64,000 bases of DNA, taken from an uncultured bacterium (GTDB lineage Bacteria > Chlamydiota > Chlamydiia > Chlamydiales > SM23-39). The translations under genes were made by a program, and so were the position numbers. Positions 1 through 7,998 of this stretch are shown here, piece by piece. Numbering within the stretch: position 1 is the first letter of the stretch; each line of letters starts with the position of its first letter. The notes under the pieces were generated by a model. That model was not told where the DNA came from, made no database searches, and worked only from the letters and a program-made list of their open reading frames with translations. The stretch lies in assembly GCA_963716985.1 (NCBI GenBank), contig OY970323.1, forward strand, positions 544,001 through 608,000, written 5' to 3'.

Positions 1-215
1 ACATAAAAGATCTGGGGGTCTTAATTAAAGAAAAAGCGCGAGAAGCGAAGATTAATGAAGTCAATTCTGATGCTAAAAATGCTGATTATAATATAGGGTA
101 CCTTATGGCTTTCCATGAAATAATTGTCCTTATGAAGCATCAGGCAATGGTTTTCAATATTGAACAAGAAGATATTGGTTTGGCTGATATAAATGCAGAA
201 ACAGATTTGTTATAA
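1..215 (+). CDS. 3' part of a small acidic protein, probable immunity protein of an upstream toxin cassette (truncated by window edge)
   Basis: Open frame from nt 3 to TAA 213-215 (IKDLGVLIKEKAREAK...YLMAFHEIIVLMKHQAMVFNIEQEDIGLADINAETDLL). AT-rich like the two downstream immunity genes; role inferred from position. Confidence 0.55.
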   Translation, partial: IKDLGVLIKEKAREAKINEVNSDAKNADYNIGYLMAFHEIIVLMKHQAMVFNIEQEDIGLADINAETDLL

Positions 216-216
216 G

Positions 217-244
217 CTCGACTTTGCAACTTTTTGCTGCATAA
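217..244 (-). mobile_element. Isolated IS right-end remnant (CTCGACTTTGCAAC terminus)
   Basis: CTCGACTTTGCAACTTTT matches the right terminal repeat of the IS ending at 61433. The 28 bp also match the reverse complement of 52556-52582 with one indel. Confidence 0.65.
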
Positions 245-325
245 ATCATGCCGTCTGAAGTACTCGTTTCACTATAGCCCGTCCATTCCGTTACTGTCGA
301 TTTTGGCGTTGGCTTTGCCAAAGGC

Positions 326-1198
326 TTGCCCAAAGGAGTTATGGAATCGGGCCACCAATTGGCCACATTTGCATCTGAGCTGGTTTCTCATCCAATCGAT
401 ATCGGTAATAATGTATGCAGAGCATTTACAAGTCTTGCAAAACTTGCCCTTTCTCAGGAATGGGCGACTTTAAGTCAGTCGCTGGCACCCGAAGTATGTC
501 AGCTTGTCAATGAGTGGAACCTACTTTCATCTCAGCGGCAGGGAGAGCGTTCCGGATACATCGTTGCCAAATATGGCGGAGATATTTTGATCCCCGGCGC
601 TGCGGCCAAAGTGCTCTCGAAAGGCATCGAAGGAGCCAAGGAGATCGCCCTTGCTGCCAAAAATTTAGAAACCGCAGAACAAACACTTGCTCTGGAAGCA
701 CTCTCTCAATCTGCCCGGAGTTCTACAGCCTTTGCTGAAATGTCGACGCAATTAAGTACTGAATCTGAGAAGATCGTAATCACGACGAAGGGGGAGAAAT
801 TTCTTCGAGAAAATGGTCTTTGGGAATCGTTTCAGAAATGTAGAAGGGCAGAAAAGTTTCTTGAACCATTTCAGGGCCAATATTTACCTGAAATTCGCGT
901 GAGGGATTTGATTCATGAAGCAGGGATGCCAACGTTCCCTCGTCCTCAAGGAATACCGAATAATTTTCGAATTACATTTTCAGACAAAGGTGCTGGAATG
1001 AAATATGTGCATCCGAATGATGAAGGAACTTATGTAAGAGTCATGCCAGGGAAATCTCATAGTCAGTTTCCACATCAACAAAAACCTTATGTGGTTCGAA
1101 TGAAGAATGGTCAGAATTTAGATAAATTAGGTAATAATGTATCTCAGGGTGCTATTGAGGCGCATATTCCATTAGATGAATTTTTTTATATAGAGTAA
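326..1198 (+). CDS. Polymorphic toxin C-terminal module 1 (orphan, 5'-truncated); putative nuclease/RNase-type toxin tip
   Basis: Frame open from ~278 with no convincing start. Conserved linker, then a C-terminal domain with YVHP, RVMPG, QQxPYV, GN and AHIP motifs. Followed directly by a small acidic gene; paralog at 1794-2414. Confidence 0.65.
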   Translation: MPKGVMESGHQLATFASELVSHPIDIGNNVCRAFTSLAKLALSQEWATLSQSLAPEVCQLVNEWNLLSSQRQGERSGYIVAKYGGDILIPGAAAKVLSKGIEGAKEIALAAKNLETAEQTLALEALSQSARSSTAFAEMSTQLSTESEKIVITTKGEKFLRENGLWESFQKCRRAEKFLEPFQGQYLPEIRVRDLIHEAGMPTFPRPQGIPNNFRITFSDKGAGMKYVHPNDEGTYVRVMPGKSHSQFPHQQKPYVVRMKNGQNLDKLGNNVSQGAIEAHIPLDEFFYIE

Positions 1199-1202
1199 TT
1201 AT

Positions 1203-1571
1203 ATGGGCATTGAAAATATTGATAAAAAAAGTTTTATGAAAGATTTTTTTGACAACATGGATTTGATTGCAGACAAAGAACAACAAAAAAGGGCATGGAT
1301 AATGGGGATCGGCCCTGTTTACTATGATTTTGATGAAGCAGTGATCATTTTTTTTGAGCACGTTGAAATTATTTTAAAAAATTATAGAGATTTTAATATT
1401 GATGAAAGTCAGCATCTTTTATTAAAATCATTTTCGAATGAGTTTAAAACTTTTTCTGATGAACATGATTGGCCACAAGACTTTATAGACACTCCCAAGT
1501 GGACGAAGATTACAGAAATGGCCAAAGAAGTGCTAGATGCTTTTCATTGGGAAAGGCATTCGAGCAAATAA
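1203..1571 (+). CDS. Putative immunity protein 1
   Basis: 122-aa acidic/aromatic protein 4 nt after toxin module 1; paralog of 2411-2782. Confidence 0.65.
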   Translation: MGIENIDKKSFMKDFFDNMDLIADKEQQKRAWIMGIGPVYYDFDEAVIIFFEHVEIILKNYRDFNIDESQHLLLKSFSNEFKTFSDEHDWPQDFIDTPKWTKITEMAKEVLDAFHWERHSSK

Positions 1572-1594
1572 ACGTCCTTATAGTCAGTTTCCAC

Positions 1595-1700
1595 GGCCAT
1601 TTTCATAATTCCGACATTTCGATCCCCCATAACGGCTCTCAAGCCGCTTGATTTTCCGGCGATTTACGAGCCCACAATTTCGCTCGGTTTCGCGGCCTGA
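1595..1700 (+). repeat. ~106-bp dispersed repeat, copy 1
   Basis: Aligns with the reverse complement of 52627-52732; core CTCAAGCCGCTTGATTTTCCGGCGATTT is identical. Confidence 0.8.
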
Positions 1701-1793
1701 CCGGTAGGTCGATGACTCCTAACAACCATCTTCTCACCTCAGCAGCAGGGAGAGCGTTCCGGATACATCTTTGCCAAATATGGCGGAGATATT

Positions 1794-2414
1794 TTGATCC
1801 CCGGCGCTGCGGCCAAAGTGCTGTCGAAGGGCATCGAAGGAGCCAAGGAGATCGCCCTTGCTGCCAAAAATTTAGAGACGGCAGAACAAACCCTTGCTCT
1901 GGAAGCCCTCTCTCAATCTGCCAGGAGTTCTACAACCTTTGCTGAAATGCCGACGCAATTGAGTGCTAAAGCCGAGGAGATAGTAATCACGACGAAGGGG
2001 GAGAAATTTCTTCGAGAAAATGGTCTTTGGGAATCATATGAAAAACATGAAAGAGCTCAGGAATTTTTAAAACCATATCGAAAACAATATCTTTCTGAAT
2101 CTCAAGTACGAGAACTGATTCACCAAACCGGAATGCCTACATTTCCAAGGCCACAGGGAATTCCAGACAATTTTCGTGTAAAAATCTCAGATCGAGGAGC
2201 TGGCATAGAATATGTGCATCCGACTAATGTACACATTCGCATCAGAGTTATGCCTGGGAAGCCTCACAGCTCTAATCTAGCTCAGCAACGTCCCTATGTA
2301 ATTTTTTCAAAACACGGAAAAGTGTTTGATAAAATAGGAAATATCGTGGATCCTTCGTCACCCGAAGCTCACATTCCATTGGATGAATTTAATCTTTCAA
2401 GGATTGGATTATGA
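1794..2414 (+). CDS. Polymorphic toxin C-terminal module 2 (orphan, 5'-truncated)
   Basis: Homologous frame starts at ~1731 just after a stop, with no ATG. 1735-2035 is near-identical to 528-828; the toxin tip diverges but keeps RVMPG and AHIP. Confidence 0.65.
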   Translation: MIPGAAAKVLSKGIEGAKEIALAAKNLETAEQTLALEALSQSARSSTTFAEMPTQLSAKAEEIVITTKGEKFLRENGLWESYEKHERAQEFLKPYRKQYLSESQVRELIHQTGMPTFPRPQGIPDNFRVKISDRGAGIEYVHPTNVHIRIRVMPGKPHSSNLAQQRPYVIFSKHGKVFDKIGNIVDPSSPEAHIPLDEFNLSRIGL

Positions 2415-2782
2415 AAATTTCTGATGAAGATAAAAAACAGATATTACTAGGTTTTATTAAAATATTTACACGTATTTATGATAAGGAATATCAGCAAAGA
2501 GTTTGGATTGACGGAAGAGGGCCGGAATGCGACGATTTTGACGATACAGTGTGCGATTTTTTTGGAGTCGGCGACTCGATTATAGAAAATTATAAGGACT
2601 TCGGGATTACGGATCAGCAGAAGCATCTTTTGATGCGATTTCGTGATGAATTTAAAACTTTTTCTGATGAACATGATTGGCCCCAAGACTTTATAGACAC
2701 TCCCAAGTGGACAAAGATTACAGAAATGGCCAAAGAAGTGCTAGGTGCTTTTCATTGGGAAAAAAAATCTCCTAAGAATTAA
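2411..2782 (+). CDS. Putative immunity protein 2
   Basis: ATGA overlap with toxin module 2; paralog of 1203-1571 with a near-identical C-terminal ~38 aa. Confidence 0.65.
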   Translation: MKISDEDKKQILLGFIKIFTRIYDKEYQQRVWIDGRGPECDDFDDTVCDFFGVGDSIIENYKDFGITDQQKHLLMRFRDEFKTFSDEHDWPQDFIDTPKWTKITEMAKEVLGAFHWEKKSPKN

Positions 2783-2857
2783 GAGATTTCTTCTCTTGGG
2801 GTACGCGATCTTCCGGGCGCCAAAAAAAGGAGATCGTTCGATCTCCTTGCATGGTTT

Positions 2858-5380
2858 TTAAGTGTTGCTAGGCACGCTGATCGCAGGAGGTTCAACGGGT
2901 TCTTTCTTTTCCTGTTCGATGAAGAAGATCTCGTTATTTTTCGTAGAGATAATGTAATCTTTTTGGAGGTTCGGGAAGAGAAGAAGCTTTTCTGCAAGAG
3001 GATCTTCCAAATAGTGCTCGATGACCCGTCGCAGAGGCCTTGCTCCCATTTCGGGCTGAAATCCTTTTTCAACGAGGAGGATTTTGGCAGCGTCATCCAG
3101 AGTTAGGTGAATGTTTTTATGGGCTACTCGAGATTGCAGTTTGTTGAATTCGAGATCGACGATCTTCAGTAAAGACTCCTTGTCGAGCGTCTTGAAGACG
3201 ACGATGTCGTCGAGTCTATTGATGAATTCCGGTTTGAAATGCTTCTTTACGGCTCCTTCGATCTTTTGTTTCATGTTGTTATAATCGAGAACACCCTCTT
3301 TGGCGCTGAATCCCATCTCCGATTTTCGAATGAGATCGGCACCCAAGTTGGAGGTCATCACGATGATCGTATTGCGGAAATCTACCTTTCTTCCGAAAGA
3401 GTCGGTGAGCCGTCCCTCTTCCAGGATCTGCAGAAGAAGATTCATCACATCCGGATGCGCTTTTTCCACCTCATCGAAAAGGATGACGCAATAGGGACGC
3501 TGCCGCACCTGTTCAGTGAGCTGTCCTCCCTCTTCATATCCGACGTAGCCCGGGGGAGAGCCGGTGATGCGGCTGACGGCAAATTTTTCCATGTATTCCG
3601 ACATGTCTACTTGAATGAGAGCATCTTCTCCGCCAAACATGTGTTCGGCAAGAAGGCGCGCCATGTGTGTTTTCCCCACTCCGGTAGGGCCTAAGAAAAG
3701 GAAAGAACCAATGGGCCGGTTCGGATCTTTGATGTCGGCCCTGCTTCTGCGGATGGCCCTGCAGACGGTGCTCAAAGCTTCTAATTGTCCGATGACGCGG
3801 GTAGAGAGGGATTTTTCCATGTTGAGGATTTTTTCCGTCTCTCCTTGGGTCAGGCGAGAAACGGGAATGCCTGTCTGTCTTGCAACGATTTTTGCAATGT
3901 CCTCTTCGTCTACAATGGTCCGATGCTCTTCTTTTGAATTTTCCCATTCATTGCGGATTTGCTGCAGTTTGTCCCGAAGATTTTTTTCCGAGTCGCGTAA
4001 GTTTGCCGCCTTTTCATAATCTTGTTTGTTGATCGACTCTTCTTTTGCGAGACGGAGCTTTTCAATATCGGCTTCGTATTGGGTGATCTCGGTGGGCTGG
4101 TGCATCATGGTAATGCGCGCTTTGGCCCCGGCCTCATCCATCAGGTCGATGGCCTTATCGGGAAGGTAGCGGGCGGAAATATAGCGATCCGAGAAATGGA
4201 CGGCGCCCTTGATGGCGGCGTCGGTATAGTTGCATTTGTGATGCTCTTCATATTTGGGTTTGAGGCCATACAAAATTTGGGCGGTCTCTTCTAAGGTAGG
4301 GGGCGGAACGTGGATTTTTTGGAAGCGCCTCTCGAGGGCGGCATCTTTTTCGATGTGCTTGCGATACTCGTCGAGAGTGGTGGCTCCGATGCACTGAATT
4401 TCTCCGCGAGACAGTGCGGGCTTTAAAATATTCGACGCATCGATGGCTCCTTCCGCAGCTCCGGCGCCCACGATCGTATGTAGCTCGTCGATGAAGAGAA
4501 GGATGTTGCCATTCTTCTTGATTTCATCCATGACGGCCTTGATGCGCTCTTCAAATTGACCGCGGTATTTGGTTCCGGCGATCATCAGGGTCAAATCGAG
4601 AGAGATGAGCCTTTTCCTGCGCAGATTGTCGGGAACCTCTCCATGAACAATCGCGTGGGCAAGTCCTTCGACGATCGCAGTTTTTCCAACTCCGGCCTCT
4701 CCTACGAGAACGGGATTGTTTTTGCGCCGTCTGCAAAGAATGAGGATTAATCGTTCTACCTCTGATTTTCTTCCGATGACGGGATCGAGTTTTCCCTCTC
4801 TGCAAAGCTCCGTGAGGTCGTGTCCATAGGCGCGAAGGGCCGGTGTCTTATCAGCGGCAGAGCGATCACTGCTTCCGCGCGGCGTGTTTGCGGCGGAGGG
4901 TGCTTGGCCATTGACGCTGCCGACCGGCGGCAGCTGCAAATTAAAGGTTTCGAGTTCTTTTAATACCTCTTTGCGCACCTCTTTTAAGTTCACGTTCAAG
5001 TTCTCTAAGACCTGCACGGCCACTCCGTCGTTTTGCCTTAAGAGGGCGAGAAGCAGATGCTCGGTCCCGACGTAATTATGGTTGAGGTTGGCAGCTTCTT
5101 CGTTGGCGCATTCGAAGACCTTTTTGACCTTGCCCGTAAGAGCAGGATCGCCGTAGACCTGTGTCTCAGGACCGAATCCGACCACTTTTTCGATCTCCGC
5201 TCTGGCCACATCGTAGGTGACGTTGAGATTACGAAGGACGTTGACGGCAATGCCCTGTCCGAGCTTTAGAAGGCCTAAAAGGATGTGCTCCGTGCCGAGA
5301 TAGTTATGATTGAGTTTCTGCGCCTCTTTTTTGGCCAGTTTGATCACTTGTTTGGCTCTATTGGTAAATTTATCAAACAT
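2858..5380 (-). CDS. clpC: ATP-dependent Clp protease ATP-binding subunit ClpC
   Basis: N-terminal Clp repeats ([20 protein letters not shown]), two Walker A motifs ([16 protein letters not shown]), short UVR middle domain, MGF ClpP-docking loop. Confidence 0.97.
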   Translation of the reverse strand: MFDKFTNRAKQVIKLAKKEAQKLNHNYLGTEHILLGLLKLGQGIAVNVLRNLNVTYDVARAEIEKVVGFGPETQVYGDPALTGKVKKVFECANEEAANLNHNYVGTEHLLLALLRQNDGVAVQVLENLNVNLKEVRKEVLKELETFNLQLPPVGSVNGQAPSAANTPRGSSDRSAADKTPALRAYGHDLTELCREGKLDPVIGRKSEVERLILILCRRRKNNPVLVGEAGVGKTAIVEGLAHAIVHGEVPDNLRRKRLISLDLTLMIAGTKYRGQFEERIKAVMDEIKKNGNILLFIDELHTIVGAGAAEGAIDASNILKPALSRGEIQCIGATTLDEYRKHIEKDAALERRFQKIHVPPPTLEETAQILYGLKPKYEEHHKCNYTDAAIKGAVHFSDRYISARYLPDKAIDLMDEAGAKARITMMHQPTEITQYEADIEKLRLAKEESINKQDYEKAANLRDSEKNLRDKLQQIRNEWENSKEEHRTIVDEEDIAKIVARQTGIPVSRLTQGETEKILNMEKSLSTRVIGQLEALSTVCRAIRRSRADIKDPNRPIGSFLFLGPTGVGKTHMARLLAEHMFGGEDALIQVDMSEYMEKFAVSRITGSPPGYVGYEEGGQLTEQVRQRPYCVILFDEVEKAHPDVMNLLLQILEEGRLTDSFGRKVDFRNTIIVMTSNLGADLIRKSEMGFSAKEGVLDYNNMKQKIEGAVKKHFKPEFINRLDDIVVFKTLDKESLLKIVDLEFNKLQSRVAHKNIHLTLDDAAKILLVEKGFQPEMGARPLRRVIEHYLEDPLAEKLLLFPNLQKDYIISTKNNEIFFIEQEKKEPVEPPAISVPSNT

Positions 5381-5429
5381 AAAAAAGCCCCTTGTCTGCT
5401 AACATAAATGATAACAATTTACGCAATTT

Positions 5430-5456
5430 TTTGCACTCGAATTGTTCAAGTGCTAA
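5430..5456. promoter_or_regulatory. CIRCE element upstream of clpC
   Basis: TTTGCACTC-N9-AAGTGCTAA versus consensus TTAGCACTC-N9-GAGTGCTAA; 50 nt upstream of the clpC start. Confidence 0.8.
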
Positions 5457-5658
5457 TTTTTTCAAAAATTTTCTTTCTACCCGTCTCTTTTGTGCTTATA
5501 AATGAAAATCTAATTTTTACGCTGTAAAAATATGGCCCGGGAAGAAATTAAAAAAAATTCTTACATCCGCGCGCGAAAAAGAGGCTAAAAACCAGCGAAA
5601 GACAGGGGTGGATTTTTTTTAAAAAGCCTCCTATAGTTGGCAAAAAAGGAGGTCCTCT

Positions 5659-6384
5659 TTGCTCTCCCTGATCGACACCGGCACCCATCCGGCCATATGG
5701 AATATGGATTGGGATGCCCAATTTTTAGAAAGTCTGGACCCTAAGGTTTGCCTCCTCCATTTTTACGAGTGGGAAAAACCTTCGATTAGCTTTGGCCATT
5801 TTTTGGATCCGAAAAAATTTTTGGATCTTCAGAGAATCGAAGAAGAGGGGATCGATCTTGCGCGCCGCCCGACCGGCGGCGGCATTACCTTTCACTTATG
5901 GGATTTTGCCTTCTCTCTCTTTGTCGGGGCGCAAAATCGCGCTTTTTCTCAAGTTCCTCTGGAAAATTACCGAAGAGTCAATCGCGCCGTCTTAAGCGTT
6001 GTCAGTGAGTTTTTGCAAAAAGAGAGCCATCTGCAAACGGAAGAAAAGAGTCCTTTGGACGAATCGTGTAAGAATTTCTGCATGGCCCATCCGACGAAAT
6101 ACGACGTGATTGTGCAAGGGAAGAAAGTGGCGGGCGCTGCGCAAAGAAAGACAAAAAGGGGCTTTTTACATCAGGGAACGATTTTTTTGATTCCTCCGAA
6201 CAGCCGTCTTTTAAAAAAGATTCTTCTGCCCGAAGCGAATATTCTTTTTTCTCTGAAAAACAGCATGGTTTCTCTTTTTCCCGAAAAGAGGGATCTGTCC
6301 GATGTGAAAAAGAAATTACAAAAGCTTCTCTTTCATCAATTGCAGAAAAATTTGCAATCCTCAGAGTTATTCCCTATAATTTGA
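5659..6384 (+). CDS. lplA: Lipoate-protein ligase family protein
   Basis: RRPTGGGITFH, KKVAGAAQR and LHQGTI motifs; GGAGG RBS before a TTG start. Confidence 0.9.
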   Translation: MLSLIDTGTHPAIWNMDWDAQFLESLDPKVCLLHFYEWEKPSISFGHFLDPKKFLDLQRIEEEGIDLARRPTGGGITFHLWDFAFSLFVGAQNRAFSQVPLENYRRVNRAVLSVVSEFLQKESHLQTEEKSPLDESCKNFCMAHPTKYDVIVQGKKVAGAAQRKTKRGFLHQGTIFLIPPNSRLLKKILLPEANILFSLKNSMVSLFPEKRDLSDVKKKLQKLLFHQLQKNLQSSELFPII

Positions 6385-6405
6385 TTCCAGCTTTGAGGAT
6401 TTTTT

Positions 6406-7923
6406 ATGGCACAAGATCAAAAACATGCAATTTCTCCTACTCGACTGGAAGATTATTCCGAATGGTATCAAGAGGTAATCAAAGCATCCGACCTGGCCGA
6501 ACACTCGCCGGTGCGCGGATGCATGGTAATCAAACCCTGGGGCTATGGCATCTGGGAGAACATCCAGCGGATCATGAATGCAAAGATTAAAGAGACCGGA
6601 CATCAAAATGCCTACTTTCCTCTCTTCATTCCCTTGAGTTTTTTTGAACGGGAAGCCGAACATGTGGAGGGTTTTGCGAAAGAGTGTGCCGTTGTGACCC
6701 ACTCTCGTTTGGAAAAAAATAAAGAGGGCAAACTGGTTCCCGCCGCGCCCTTAGAAGAGCCTTTGATCGTTCGGCCCACATCGGAAATGATCATCGGAGA
6801 GATGTTTTCCAAGTGGGTGCAATCCTGGCGCGACCTGCCCCTTTTGATCAATCAGTGGGCCAACATCGTTCGCATGGAGATGAGAACGCGCCTTTTCCTT
6901 CGCACGACCGAATTTCTCTGGCAGGAAGGACATACCGTTCATGCAACGCAAAAAGAGGCCGAAGAAGAGACCGGAAAGATGCTGGATGTCTATGCCAAGT
7001 TTTGCCACGATATTTTGGCAATGCCGGTCATCAAGGGAGAAAAAACGGCTGCGGAGCGATTCCCCGGAGCTGTGAGTACCTATGCAATCGAAGCCATGAT
7101 GCAGGATCGCAAGTCTTTGCAAGCAGGCACCTCTCATTTTCTGGGTCAGAATTTTGCTAAATCCTGCCACATTCGCTTTACCGATGAAAAGGGTGATTTG
7201 CAGTATGGCTGGACGACCTCTTGGGGTGTTACGACCCGCCTGATCGGGGGCATTATCATGACCCATAGCGATGATGATGGCCTCGTGCTGCCTCCGCGGA
7301 TTGCTCCTTTGCAGATCATACTTCTGCCCATTGTGCATCAGCAAGAGGGGAGGCAAGAGCTTCTCTCCTATTGCAGGAAGATACTCGAGGAGTTGAAGAA
7401 AATTTCCTATCATGGATCTCTGCTCGAGGCGGCACTCGATGATAGCGACAAGAGGGGAGGAGAGAAGAAGTGGGGCTGGGTGAAAAAGGGAGTGCCTCTT
7501 CGTATTGAAATCGGTCCTCGCGAAATGCAAAACGACATGCTCAGCGTTGCTAGAAGAGATCAGATGGGACAGGTCCGGCAGATGAAACGGCAAGCTTTCA
7601 TCGAAGATGTGGCAAAAATTTTGGACGATCTGCAGGAAAATCTTTTGCTAAGGGCCACATCTTTTCAAAAGGAGAACACAAAACTCATTGATTCCAAAGA
7701 AGAGCTCTTTCGGTTTTTCACTCCCCAAAATGAAGGAAAACCGGAAATCCATGGAGGCTTTGCCCTGTCGCATTTTTGCCAAGATCCAAAAACAGAAGAA
7801 GAGCTGAAAAAAGAGCTCAACATCACTGTTCGGTGCATTCCCTTGGGAAAAGAAGAAATGGGAAAATGCATCATTACCGGCGCTCTTAGCAAACAGAGGG
7901 TCATTTTTGCGAAGGCATATTAA
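6406..7923 (+). CDS. proS: Proline--tRNA ligase, eukaryote/archaea-like type
   Basis: RPTSE, FLRTTEFLWQEGHT and QAGTSHFLGQNF motifs; C-terminal AKAY; no INS editing domain. Confidence 0.96.
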   Translation: MAQDQKHAISPTRLEDYSEWYQEVIKASDLAEHSPVRGCMVIKPWGYGIWENIQRIMNAKIKETGHQNAYFPLFIPLSFFEREAEHVEGFAKECAVVTHSRLEKNKEGKLVPAAPLEEPLIVRPTSEMIIGEMFSKWVQSWRDLPLLINQWANIVRMEMRTRLFLRTTEFLWQEGHTVHATQKEAEEETGKMLDVYAKFCHDILAMPVIKGEKTAAERFPGAVSTYAIEAMMQDRKSLQAGTSHFLGQNFAKSCHIRFTDEKGDLQYGWTTSWGVTTRLIGGIIMTHSDDDGLVLPPRIAPLQIILLPIVHQQEGRQELLSYCRKILEELKKISYHGSLLEAALDDSDKRGGEKKWGWVKKGVPLRIEIGPREMQNDMLSVARRDQMGQVRQMKRQAFIEDVAKILDDLQENLLLRATSFQKENTKLIDSKEELFRFFTPQNEGKPEIHGGFALSHFCQDPKTEEELKKELNITVRCIPLGKEEMGKCIITGALSKQRVIFAKAY

Positions 7924-7955
7924 TGCCAAGGCATACTAATGCCGAGGCATACTAA
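7908..7955 (+). repeat. Three tandem 16-bp copies of the proS 3' end
   Basis: TGCGAAGGCATATTAA / TGCCAAGGCATACTAA / TGCCGAGGCATACTAA. Confidence 0.85.
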
Positions 7956-7998
7956 ACGGAAAACATAAAAAAGATTTTTCATAGGAGAGACAGACTTT

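Noticed and set aside
528..2035. Diversity-generating retroelement template/variable repeat pair
   Set aside because: Differences are not adenine-specific and there is no reverse transcriptase in the window.
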